From NCBI RefSeq assembly GCF_000315625.1, contig NW_005434627.1:185915-229367 (forward strand): 43,453 nucleotides of DNA. Reading direction: 5' to 3'. A program made the position numbers and the translations under genes. Of the stretch, positions 23,055 through 38,378 are shown one piece after another (within the stretch, counting starts at the first letter, position 1; each line of letters opens with the position of its first letter). The stretch is from Guillardia theta CCMP2712 (lineage: Eukaryota; Protista; Cryptophyta). The notes below the pieces were generated by a model, which saw nothing but the letters and a program-made list of their open reading frames with translations, searched no databases and was not told the origin of the DNA.

Positions 23055-26000
23055 CCAGGTTCTTCTCCGCCTCATGGACGCTGCTGAGCTCGTGGATGAT
23101 GCCAGCTGGTCGCACCAGGACGCGCAGAGTTTGGCACAGATAGTGAGGAAAGGACCGGTCCTGCTTCCTCCCGATCGGCTCCAGAGCTACATCGAGCGGA
23201 TCAACGAGAAGCTGGCGGGGGACCTGCAGAGAAACTTCAAACTCCACTCGCAGCACGTCAGAGGAGCCACGAACATTGCGCGGCTGCTGCCCTTCTTGCA
23301 GCAGCTCGAGCAAGCCAGCAGGATGGGAGAGCTGCTGGTGAAGAATGAGATGCGAGGGATGACGGTGAGAGGAGGAGGAGGAGGAGGAAAGAGGAGGAGG
23401 AAAGACGAGGAGGAGGAGGAGCTGACAGGAGCATCAGGTGTCGGACGGGGTGACGTGCTGCTTTACTTCCATCAGCTCTCTGCTTCTCCTTCTGCTCCTC
23501 TCCTGCTCAACCTCTGGGCTCCTCATCTCATCGAACAGCTGCAGACCCCAGGAGAGGACGAGGCGACAGGAGGAGGAGCAAGGGACTTGACTGCGCTAGT
23601 CAGACTCTTGAGCGTGATCAACGGGAGGGAGGAAGTGGAGGGCACTGCTGCTGCTGCTGCTGCGCCTCCTCCTCCTCCTCCTGCTCTACTCCAGCTGCTC
23701 TACCGTCGCATCCAGCAGGAAGTCTCTCGCTCCGATGGACACCATCGCCTACAGGATCTCGTCCTCCTCCTCCGCATGTCAGCTGGCAGTGAGCTGGGGG
23801 AGGCGGTCGCTAGCAGACTCTCCTCCCTCCTCTGCTCCCGCCGTGTCTGCTCCCGCCAACTCACTCCCCCCCTCCTCCTCTCCCTCCTCAGCACTCTCAG
23901 GGGTCAGCCGGCTGCTGCAGAGCTTCTCTCCGCCTCCTGCCTCTCCTTCTCCTCCGTCCCGGCACATTGCTGGGCCTCAGCTAACGTCGTGCTGGGGCTG
24001 CTGGAGCAGCTGAAGGAGCTGAGGGAAGTGGGAGACCCGAAGAGAGCAGCAACGAGAGTGTTGTCAGAGGCTATCTGCTCCCTTCCTGGTAGCTCCTCCT
24101 CTTGTCCTCCTCTCTGTCTTCCTCTCTTCTTATCCTCCTGTCCTCTCCTCTTCCTCTCCTCTTCTCTCAACTCCTGTCCTGTCCATCTGCTTCCCCTCCC
24201 CCCTCCCTCGCTCTAACTCTCTCACAGACGAAGCCTTGTCTCCTCGGCTGGCCGTCAGGATTCTCTTTCGCTTGGGGAGGGGCAGAGAGCCGCTGGAGGA
24301 CCCGGAGGCTGCTGCTGTCACCCGCCTCCTCTTCTTCCTCACCCGCTCCTCGCTCTCCTCCTGCTCCTACCGCGACCTCTCCTGCCTTGCTCGCGTGCTG
24401 GCAATGAGGAAGGCCGAGGAGTCGCCGTTGTGGCAGGCGGTGGCGGAGCAGGTAGTCGTGCTGGAGGAGGAGGAGGAGCTGCCGCTGGGGGATGCGGCCA
24501 GTCTTGCCGTGAACTTCGCGCGTATGACGAAGCTGGAGGAGTATGCGGGCATGAAGGAGGCGCTGCGAACAAGGTTGAGGAAGGAGCTGCGGGGAGGAGG
24601 AGGAGGAGGAGGAGGAGCAAGTCAAATGAGGATGCTGGTGAATCTGCTCAGCAGCTTTTCGGGGGAGCTCAGCGCGGAGGAGTGGGAGGCGGCAGTGGGG
24701 AGGATGAAGGAGGAAGACGTTGCTGCCCTCCCCCTGCCTGTACAGTGCTCCCTCCTCCTCCTCCTCTCCAAGGCCAAGATCTTCGACCGCGACCTCATGC
24801 GGACACTTGCTAACGAGATGGCGAGGAGGGCAGAGGAAGGCTCGCTCCCGCTCCCCCTCGCCGTCGTCGTCCTCAAGAGCATCGCAGCCTCCGACATGGT
24901 CTGGATCGACGCGGCCGGCACGGAGGACGTCTTCCTCGCCGTCTCCCGCCTCCTCCAGCAGCGGCCGCTGAAGCAGCTCAGCCTCCAGCAGCTCGCCATC
25001 GTTGCCAACTCGTTCGCACGCGTCAAGGTCTTCGACGAGCCTCTTTTCCTCCTCCTCTCCCGCGCCATCCGCAAGAGAAGGGTGAACCCCTCCCTCTTCC
25101 GCGTTCAGATCATCGCCGTCCTCCTCTTCGCCTTCTCCCGCGTCCAGGTCGAGGACCCCCAGCTCCTCGACTTCCTCTCCGAGGTTCTCCTCCAGCTGCC
25201 TCCTGAGCAGTTCACCCCGCAAAGTCTGTCCGTCATCATCTCGGTGTACGCGGGGGCTCACAGGCGGCGGTCGATGTCGTCGCTGGTGCAGCACAAGCCC
25301 TCGCCTGCTCCTCTCCCGCCTGCCTCAGGCATCCTCGCGTTCCTCGCCTCCGTCGCCATCCAAATGAAACCTCAGACCTTCGAGGTGACTTGCTGCTGCT
25401 GCTGCTCCTCCTCCTCCTCCTCCTCCTTCCCCCCCCCCACTCCCCCAACCTCTCCACAATCTCTTCACCTCCTGCCGCCGTTGCTGGTCTGCTGCTGCTG
25501 CTGCCCCTTCTCCTCCTCGGCTTGGTGCCTGCTGATCCTCCTCCAGCCCAGGCACATTCGCGCCATCGTGGAGGCTTATCATCGAGCAGGCGTAAGAGCA
25601 GAAGGACTGTGGGAGGTAAAATGATGCTGGTGGTGGTGCTGCTACTGCTGGTGGTGCTGGTGGTGGTGCTGCTGGTGCTGGTAGTGCTGCTAGTGGTGCT
25701 GCTGGTGCTGGTGCTGCTGCTGCTGGTGGTGGTGGTGCTGGTGTGGTTGTTGGTGTTGTTTGTGTTGTTGTCGGTGCTGCTGCTTTCTTTGTGTTGTTGT
25801 CGGTGCTGCTGCTTTCTTTGTGTTGTTGTCGGTGCTGCTGCTTTCTTTGTGTTGTTGTCGGTGCTGCTGCTTTCTTTGTGTTGTTGTCGGTGCTGCTGCT
25901 TTCTTTGTGTTGTTGTCGGTGCTGCTGCTTTCTTTGTGTTGTTGTCGGTGCTGTTTTTCTTTCTCACCATCAGCAGGTGATGTCCAAGGCATGGCAAATC

Positions 26001-26614
26001 AGATGGGGTACAGGATTCAAGAGCGAGCAGGTGAGGAGGAGGACGAGCAGAAGAGGGAGGGAGGGAGGGAGGGAAGGGAAGGGAAGGGGAGGGGAGGAGG
26101 AGGAGGGGGGGGAGGGGGAGGAGCATGAGGAGGAGGAGGAGGAGGAGGAGGAGAAGGAGGAGGAGGAGGAGGAGGACGAGGAGGAGGGATAGGAGGACAA
26201 GGAGTAGGATGACCTCTAAACTCTTCACAGGAGATGATTGACTTCCTGACATCGTTGGACGAGGAGACGAGAAAGCCAAAGACATCCAACGTGATTCACT
26301 CAAATCACCTCCAACCCTGCCCCTCCTTCTCTCCCTTTTCTCCCTTCCCTCGCTTTTTGCATCGCCCGTTTTCCTTCCTCCTCCTCTCCCCTTCTCCTCT
26401 CCTCCTCTCCTCCTTCTCCTCCAGTCCTCTCCTCATCTCCTCCTCCTCCTCCTCCTCCTCCTCCTCCTCCTGGTCTCCTCCTTCTCCTCTTCTTCTCCTC
26501 CTCTCCTCCTCCTCCTCTCTCATTCTTGGTATCTCGCAGGCCCAGTCGTCCTCCTCCCCTGGGGCTCAAGGCGACACCTTCGGTCTGATGCTCCTCGCCG
26601 GCGGCTCGTGCTGA
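18538..26614 (+). CDS. Very large (~2000 aa) alpha-helical repeat protein of OPR/HPR/FASTK-like type, probably a plastid-targeted RNA-binding protein; multi-exon
   Basis: Degenerate repeats: FDISALANALG, LQPRHIAMSLHAMWKM, MSSQDVGLVTFSLMSLG, WDGQAIANTLASF, LSARDASTALLSLARS, FSSSHIINILTALS, LSLQQLAIVANSFARVKVFDEPLF, FRVQIIAVLLFAFSRVQVEDPQLL, FTPQSLSVIISVYA, FE|PRHIRAIVEAYHRAG. N-terminus WLLCFVLLRASDS-F followed by a Ser/Arg-rich stretch. Long exons correspond to track ORFs 19960, 21452, 23074 and 24236. The 3' end is uncertain. Confidence 0.72.
25758..25953. repeat. 29-bp minisatellite (CTTTGTGTTGTTGTCGGTGCTGCTGCTTT) x~7, intronic
   Basis: TCGGTG recurs at 25771, 25800, 25829, 25858, 25887, 25916 and 25945. 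Confidence 0.92.
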
Positions 26615-28457
26615 CATGCTGTAGGGGCCCTCAAACGATGGATCATCGGCGGGGGGAAGTGAAGGAGGAGGAGGAAGCGAGCAGGTCTTGGCGTGTAACA
26701 TAACAATCAATCACTGTCAGCTCCTGTCCTTGCTCTCGTCTCCTCTTCTTCGGAGTTCTCAGTCCTCTTCTCTTCACCGGAGTTTTCTTCGTCTCCCCTC
26801 CGAGGCTCGTCGAGTTGCCGTTGGACTCTCAACTCACTCAGCAAGCCTTCACGTGCAGTGATCACCTGCTAGTGACTGCCTGCCCGCCGGACTCCTTTGC
26901 GGCCGCCAGCTCAGTGATCATCATGACTGATAGTACTACCCGGTGACCGTCCGATCGGAGCGTGAGCCTGTCAGCTCTGCCTGGCGCCAGCCCGGCGGGA
27001 CGGTAGGCCCGGAGCCGGGCCGGGCCACTGAGAGAAGTTTTGAGTCCGATGGTCAACGGGCCCGGAACCGTCGAACTACCGGGCTGCCAGGCTCCGGCGT
27101 TGCCCGGGTCGGTAGTAAGCCTAGTACGACTGTACCCTGCCTGGGGGGGGGGTAGTGAAATTAATGGTGGGGTGATGATCTTCAATTAGGGTCTAAATAC
27201 CCTCGTTTATAGAGTGTTTTTGAGTGTAAGGGTAGGGTCAAGACGAAAAAGCAGGGGTAATGGGAGGAGAGGGTGGGGTGAGAGTCTGCCAAGGAATTCT
27301 TCTGATCGTACCGGTAGGGGTGGTTCGTTCTTTTGTGGCCTAACAGGACACATCTCATACTTGGTGGGGTAGTAGCCATGGGGGGTGGTACAGATAACCC
27401 CCATTTAAATTTCAGTACCCACATGTTGGACCGATTCTTCCTCTTCAAAGACCCCTTGTAATTATACCCCTACCCCTACAAAATTCCAGAGTCCATGTAC
27501 CCCCTTCGTTGCCCCGTGCGGCAATGTAGCGGCTTGCGGCGAGTGGAACATGATAGGAGGAGGGAAGGGAAGGAGGGGGCGGAGAGTTTGATCCAGCACC
27601 AGACCGAGAGGAAGGTTGTATTGTGAGAGGTCTGCCCGCAAGGATAGGAGCTGGTGTGAATGTCAGGGGAGCGAAGGCCATATGGATTTGATCAGAAATG
27701 AAATTCATTTCCAAGTGAGCACCAAGCTTTGAAGGAAACTAGCGTCTCATTTGAATATGCAAAGGAGATATTGATGTGAAGAGAACAATACAGGAGTACA
27801 GGAGGACACATGCGTGTTTCAACTGCTTCAGCTGACGGGGAGAGTTTGATGATCGTTGGAAGATGATAGCAGGGTCTGGTTGATGAGCGTGCAAGAGAGA
27901 GGCGGAGCGAGCAGTTGAGCATGCAAGAGAGTCAAGTAGATGCTGCATCCAAACCCGAAGAATCATGTCTCAGGGACGTCCTTGCTCCCAGGGGCGAAGG
28001 CTTTGTTTGATTTCTGAAAGGCTTCACATTAGCAGGGCCGGCTACCTTTATCTCCGATGGGCCTCTTATCATTGCTGGGAGTCACTAAGAATGGAGTGAG
28101 ATGCTCTCCCCTCCCAACCTGATCGACACCCTGACACCTGCTGCAGAACTCAGCTGTCCCCCAGCAGAATGCGGTGGTGAGCACCGGCATGCGCGTGACT
28201 TGCTGCGTTGCCGACTGCTCCGCAGGAATCGACCCCTCAAGCAAAGAGCACCATGGACATCGTGCAGGGAGGGCTGGCGCACAAGGGGGTCGTCACCACG
28301 TCAGATGGTACGCGTGCTGAGAGCGAGAAAGAAGTTTGACGTGCCTGTCGGATGCTCGCAGAAGACTACGACTTCGAGGATATCGAGACCACTAAGCTGA
28401 GGTTGCTCGTGATGACTTCGATACCCGTTGGGCTGACTCGAGTGTTCTGGTGAAGAC

Positions 28458-29105
28458 ATGGAATCCAGCCAAGACAGCAGAAGAAGGTAACCTGCTCTCT
28501 CCAGCGTTCCCTGCTTCCCACTGTTTACATGATTGAGCTGCTTGTGCTGTTGGTGGTGATGACGTTGTAACGTGAATCTCGCCCTTGTTTGCATCGTTTT
28601 CTCTCCCTTCCTCCTCTTGCGAGTGCTTGTCTGCTGCTTGTGACCTGCGCTGTCCTGCTGTCTGGCTTGCTCGCGCTCGTTCACCTGCAGTCCCGTGATG
28701 GTCATGCAACAGCAAGTCGTGAAGCATTCATGGGGAGAAATCGCGTTAGGAACGGCACAATCGTGTGCAGTGATGGGGGTGAGAGCTAGAGCAGTGCTTG
28801 TCGCATGCCGGGCTGACATGAGCCTCAAGTGCTTCGGTGCTCTCATGGGTCTCTCGGTCGGGGCCATCACTGGCCCCATCTTCGCTCCTCCTGGTCACCG
28901 ACTTCCAGTAACCATCGCGTCAGCCACATGCTATCTGTGCCTCCTCCGTTCCTGAGGGCCTTTGCAGGTTGATGAAGAGACAGTCAGTGTGGTTCGGCGT
29001 GATCTTCGGAGGAGGAGGAGGCATAGTCAGTGAGTTGCTCCTCTCCTTGAGCTCTTGCTCGCCATTGACTGCCCTACTTCAGGTGCTGTGCGCAAATATG
29101 CTTGA
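28458..29105 (+). CDS. Small two-TM Tim17-superfamily (Romo1/Mgr2- or Tim17-like) mitochondrial inner-membrane protein, ~95 aa, 5 exons
   Basis: Exons 28458-28486, 28691-28778, 28830-28918, 28968-29029 and 29083-29105 splice in frame to ...SCAVMGCFGALMGLSVGAITGPIFAPPGHRLPVTIALMKRQSVWFGVIFGGGGGIVSAVRKYA*. It has glycine-zipper TMs and a PxGxRL loop. The first exon is uncertain. Confidence 0.6.
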
Positions 29106-31148
29106 GCAGCTACCAGCTCTACCTCGCGTCACCTCCACCTGAGGCACTCGACAGAGTGTCCACAACTGCGCAAGCTGAACAATGAAAGTCTGTTTGAACT
29201 TGAACTTTGAGTTGAAGGCCGGGGGACTCGTGACGCCCGCCCCGGCGGCCGCACACCGCCGCTCAGGGGCCGCCGCGATGACCAAACGGAGAGTCACTGA
29301 GTGGCAGCCGGGCCTCGTCCACCGCGTCACGCCGCCCGGCTGACTCACAGTGAGTACTACCGTAGCCACGAGAGGTTCCGACGTCGGCAATCAGGCGCGT
29401 CACGTCGTTCTTCCGAGTCAGCCCGGCGGCCCCCGGATGTATGATGAACTCGGAAGTGGATTCTGAGACTCTGTGCATTGAACTGACTCGGCGGCCCGGA
29501 CTCGGACTCGGGAACGGTCACGGCGGTCGACGGTCCGATCCCGGCCCCCGCGAGTCGGCGCCCGGCGCGGCCGGGCACTGCCGCAGGCCGCTGAGTCCGA
29601 GAGTCGCCGCCGCGAGTCGCCGGGTCGGGTGCTCGCGGCCCAACTCCCGGCCCTTGAACATTCGGACTCGACCGTGGGGTCGGCGAGCCCGGCCCGTCAC
29701 GGCTGGCCCCGGGCGGCCGCCGGGCAGGCGGGCGGCAGGCTCAGGCCGGGCCGCCCCGCCGGGGCGCCGAGTCGGCACTGCACAGTGTCGCCGGGAGACG
29801 GTCATTTAGAACCCCCCACCATCACCACCCCCAAATCTATGGAACACGAACCGGGTCCGGCACGGAGTGGCAAGGAGACATGTGGTACGTACCCGGTGGT
29901 TGGAGGAACTGGAGGCCGAGAAGTAGGCGGGGTAGGGGTGGAGGCAGTTGCAAAGCGTTCGAAAGAGGGGGTGGGGGTTACTGCAAGAAATTACCAATAT
30001 AGTAGGGTAGGGTTATGAAAAGGGGGGATATATCGAAGATTCTTAAGGTCAAAGGGAGGGGTGATGATGGAAGAAGTACCCCCTGTGGGGTAGGAGAATG
30101 GAAGTGTGAATGGTGGGGGTGGGGTCAGAGGAACTTGAGACTGACAATGGCGCAAGCCATACAATAGTTTTATCCAGATTTTACAAATATTATATAACTC
30201 AAGATGGTCAAATATATAATACCTTTATAGAGAGTTTGGATCGAAAGGCTGTACGGAATAATTTTAAAACTAATTTTTATTTATTAGTATGTTTTATATA
30301 CAGTTTCATTACTATGTAATTTATAACTCCCTCGACCAAAAAATGTCATTATATTATTTTTAAATCAGGCCCCCGATTAGTTGCGGAGTACAAAGAGGGG
30401 ATACCCCACCGGTTTATTTTCCATAGAATCAGTGGGTAGGGGTGTAAAATATACCGGTCATTGAGACTGTATTAGACAGGGTGGGGAGTGTAAGATGAAC
30501 CACCGGGTACAATTGTAGGAAAAATCACCGGTACTGAAAAATATGACCACCCCTAGCAGTCTCTAGAAGCTAATAGGTGGTTGTGCCTAGCACAAGTCAA
30601 GTTGTTCCAGGGGTGGGGGTGGACAAAACAAGGGGTGGTATGCTTTGAATAGTACCGAAATTATAAAACTATTTAGTTCATGAAACAGGAGGTATGGTAC
30701 TACATGCTCTCAATCTGGGCACAGATTAATTTTGTTAAAATATTTTATTCAGTACCATTGCTTCTCCATCCCTACTACACGGATGATGCAAAGATGGTAC
30801 CTTTCATTCTTTGCAGTACCATTTACAGCAGCCCTCTTTTATGTTACCAGGCTTGCCTCTATACATGGCCTTTTAACACAGGTCACTTCGACTTCAATCA
30901 CTACAGTTTTAAAATATATAAACACTGAACAAAAATTCATTAAAAATGTTATAGAATACAAAAATATTGTAATATAGAGCAAATTATTGACTAAAACTTC
31001 AAGGTACTACACAGCAGGTGTGTTTTCGTTTCTCGTAGTTTCTCAGGGGGGTCTGTACCCCTGCCGGTAAAGTCGCGACCTCCCCCCGCCCCCCTCACCT
31101 TCCCCTCCATGCTGAAACAGTGCGGAGGCATGGAAGGAGGAAGAGACG

Positions 31149-31179
<31 letters not shown>

Positions 31180-31730
31180 ACCATGCACCCTCTTCGAAGA
31201 CTTCTGTCCATCTCTTTTTACTCCCCGTCCTTCACCTCCTCTACACACTGCGCTTCGACTTACCCAGTCGTAGTCACATATTCCTGTCCTCCCTTGCTCA
31301 ACTTGACCGATCGATGTTCCTGCCACTACCACCTCATTGACGCCATTTTACTCTGACAGACTTTCTCTACTGCTGTGCGATGAAATCCTCTCGGTCTTGT
31401 TGCTTGGCTAGACCTGTCTTGTGGGATAGTGAGGGTTTGCGTGAGATGTCGGTTGTTGGAACAAGGGTAGACCGGGCTCAGTATCGCCTTGTTTTGAAGG
31501 GAGGAGAGAGGGAGATAGCCGAAAGACACTTACCATGGTGCTGTGAATGATGTGCACACATGAAATCACATGGAAGAGAAGCGAGAGCCATTGGGCATGT
31601 GATTCGTGGAATGTAAGACAAACAGAAAGTGTAGCGCGAGCGAGGGAGGGAATGCGAGGAGGATGAAGATCTCAACTCTGCTTCTCTGCCACTTGAGAGG
31701 TTTTCTCATGCATGCGACTTGCAGCTCGAG

Positions 31731-35008
<3,278 letters not shown>

Positions 35009-35183
35009 CGGGAGCAGAGCGAGCGGGAGGAGGAGGACGAAAGCAGAGGGAGCGAGAGAGTGGTGGAGGAGGAGGGAGAGAAGAGAAATAGTGCAGTGTG
35101 TATCGCTGCTTGTTTGTGCATATCGGCATGTTTCTGAGCAACAAGATGTTATCATACAAATAGAAGGGGTTCGTTTGAAACCT

Positions 35184-36001
35184 TCACATAAACTTTGACC
35201 ACTTTGACGACATCGGGACTTCGCTGAGCTTCATGTTAACCCCCAGCAAGCAGCAAATTCATAGTCTCACCTCCTCTTCTTGTCCTCCTCCTCCATCTTG
35301 GTGTGACCAACTTGTCGAGCTGCTTCCGCCCAACTCATCTGCAAGCACTTCAGCGTTTTCCCTTCCCTTCCCTTCCCTTCCCTTCCCCCCTCTCCCCTCC
35401 TTCCCCTTCCCTCCTCCCCTCTCCCCTGCTCTTGCTCTGCCTCCACCTATCCTCTCGTTCTCTTGCTCACTCCTTCCTCTTTCCTCTTCCCTCCCCTTTC
35501 GTTCTCACATGCTCGCTGCTCTTGTCTTGCCGTAGCTCATCGTTGGACATCTCGAGCACGATGGAAGCGGCAAGTTGCTGTTCGGAGGGTCTCCTGCTCT
35601 CCCTCCGACAAGAAGAGTTGCCCCAGCCGTTCTCTTGCTCTTCGTCCTCAACATCGGTCCTCTCCAACTTGTTGTCCCTTTGAAGGTTCCAGTTGTTGTT
35701 ATTATTTCTGTTGCTGCTGATACTGATGTTGCTATCACCATTCTTGTTGCTGTTGTTGTTGTGATTCCAGTTGTTGTTGTGATTCCAGTTGTTGTTGTTG
35801 TTGCTGCTGCTGCTGCTTAGCTTCCCTTCGCCAGATCTCATGTTGCCGCTCGACATCTTCTTCGGTCTGGCCGGCTGATTTTCCGATGTATCGCAATGAC
35901 GGCGATCACCACCCGAGCTCTTCCTCTTCTTGCTCTTCTGAGATCCAATCATCACACAAATTCTTCTCACCCTCCTCCCTCCCGCCACCCGCCACCCACT
36001 G

Positions 36002-36056
<55 letters not shown>

Positions 36057-36699
36057 TTCCCGCCACCCGCTCCTCTTCTTTCCCCTTCCCCCCCCTTCCC
36101 TACCTGCCCTACTGACTCGCCTCCTCCTCTCATTACTCACCTCTGGTAGGCAGGTGACGTACAAGTCTTCCAGGGGATCGTTCGCCTCCTCCCGCTCCTC
36201 CTCTTGCTCCTGCACGAAATCCTTCCAACGACTCTCAGCAGGCGCGGCGACTTCCCGCTGTTGTTCCTCCCTCCGCACGACTGCCGTCCTCGTCAGATCC
36301 CTTCCCCTCCCTCGAGCAACGTGAGCACCATTCCCGCTCGTCACCTCCAGCCTCTCCACCACCTCTCCTCGCGTCATGTTCAGCTCCTGCCTGCCGTGTC
36401 GCTCATCCTTTGCTTTCGCCATTGTCGCACACTCACGTCACTTGTCGACAATCCCTCGCTATCTCACTCTGGGCGAAGATCTGAGGGGGAAGGATCAGCA
36501 GCAGAAGCCCTTCCTGCCCTCCTTCGCTACCTTGCGCACTGACTGCTTCTCGTTACAGACCGGGCACACAAACTTGTTCGTCGATTTCTTCTCTTGCGTC
36601 ACCTGCTCCCTTGCACGCTCAGCACATCACAGCTGGTGGAGGAGCACGAACCTGGAACAGCCCGCATTGATAACACTGTACAACAATGTATGCCGGCAT
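35184..36699 (-). CDS. MRNIP: MRN complex-interacting protein (N-terminal C4 zinc ribbon)
   Basis: Spliced N-terminus MPAYIVVQCYQCGLFQ|VTQEKKSTNKFVCPVCNEKQSVRK|IFAQSEIARDCRQ..QELNMTRG matches the MRNIP family pattern. Internal SRWKDFV and terminal SSKWSKFM*. Confidence 0.85.
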
Positions 36700-36944
36700 G
36701 CCGAACTCCTGCAGCGGCGATGGGTTGGTCAGGAGCAGACGTACCACCAACGACCTCTCGCCGTGGGAGCAGAGAGCATGCAAGGCAACTAATGCTATAG
36801 CGACGACGGTTTCTCTATTTCCAGCATGCTTCACTCTTGCCCTTCGGCTGATTGTTTCGTTCACTGCAGGCCTGACCACAATCCTTCTGTGCCCTTTTCC
36901 TGCTGTGATGTTTACACTCAACGATACCTTATCCCGGCATCATG

Positions 36945-37150
36945 TCTTTCCTGCCTGCCTGCCTGCTGCCTGCCTGCCTGGTGGTGGTGGTGGTGGTGCT
37001 GCTGCTGCTGCTAGTGGTGCTGCTCGTGGTGCTGCTAGTGGTGCTAGTGGCGGTGTTGGTGCTAGTGGTGCTGCTAGTGGTGCTGCTAGTGCTGCTAGTG
37101 GTGCTGCTAGTGCTGCTAGTGGTGGTGCTGCTGCTAGTGCTGCTGCTTCT
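36945..37150. repeat. (GGT/GCT/AGT)n low-complexity repeat
   Basis: Directly visible; source of spurious poly-L/V/A ORFs. Confidence 0.85.
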
Positions 37151-38378
37151 CTTCTTCTGCTCGTCTCGTACTCATCATCGTCTGCCTCCTGCTTCCTATC
37201 GAGAAGGGCACATGCCCGCCATTGCTTGTGATCGACTGATTTGAAAGATTTCCCCTGAAGTTTGAAATATTGATACAATCAGTTCATCCATTACCAAATA
37301 TATTGAGGCGGGTCTGCTTGACTGGTGGTAGTTCAATCTGAACTAAACCAGAACGCCACTGAGGTTGGGGGTGGGGTAGATCAATGGGTCTACAGAGGTG
37401 GGGTAGGGGTAGTATCTGAGGAAGGGTCATACCTCCCATGTGCCTGGGTACCTCCGGTCAAGGTCCTTCAGTTTCAGTCAAAATGAGGGTGATCAAAAGG
37501 TATTTAGGGGGTAGGGGTGATCTTGCGTCGGCGGTGGGTGTGTTGGAGATGGGGGTAGAGCTCATACGATCGAGGGGGGGTATGGTATAACCCTACCCCT
37601 CAGATGATTTAATGACCCCCATATCAATGGGGGTACTATGAGAGGAATAGGGGGGTAGTAAGAAGGGGTATAGGACAGGAGTAGGGGTGGTGACAAATGA
37701 ACTTGGGAAACGGGGTGATGTCAGCCTCGGGTCGCATAACCTTATACAATGATTCATAATTTATAAGTATATTTTGTGGTACAAATGAAAAATAACTATA
37801 TATATTTATAGGACGAGAACATCTATTATGGTGTTTACAATAAGAGCCAGGAGATTATTTCTGGTACAAAGCCTTCGATAAAATATATAACAAGCAGCTA
37901 CATTATGTCCAAACAACGTCTAAACTCATCGTTTAGGAATTAACTCACTACCAGAGATGCTATTTTCAAGTTATAGTCTTAGCTTTAAAATTAATATGTA
38001 ATTTTACATTGCATTTTTAGCACTCTCGCTCGTTCGCCGCAGAGGCGCCGCAGCCGCTTCGTCCTCAGCAACCGCGGGAGGGCAGGGGGAGGGGGGGGGG
38101 GAGGAGAGGAGAGGAGAGGAGAGGACATCCCTTTCTCTCACGGTTCCTCTCTCCTCTTCGACGTACACGTCTGCTTCACAGCTCCCAGAGCCCCCACGCT
38201 CCTGCCCTGACCGACGGCTGCTCATCGGGGCTGAAATTTGAGGGGGCGGATCTCCTCAAACAAGCCGGAAGGTGCCGTTGCAGTGCGTTTCTGGTGCTCC
38301 ATGGTGCCTAACTGTCAGTCAGAGGTGTTCTGATTCGTTAGCTCCCGTCCTCCCTGCTGGAGTCAGAAGACATTGCTC

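Noticed and set aside
25758-25953. 29-bp repeats resembling a CRISPR array
   Set aside because: Units are head-to-tail with no spacers, intronic, in a eukaryotic context with no cas genes.
27750-28450. Possible extra exons upstream of the Tim17-like gene (MDIVQGGLAHKGVVTTSD|EDYDFEDIETTKL)
   Set aside because: Could not be joined in frame with confidence.
30680-30928. Faint resemblance to organellar TatC (STIYSSPLLCYQACLYTWP)
   Set aside because: Too short and weak to support; kept only as part of the AT-island finding.
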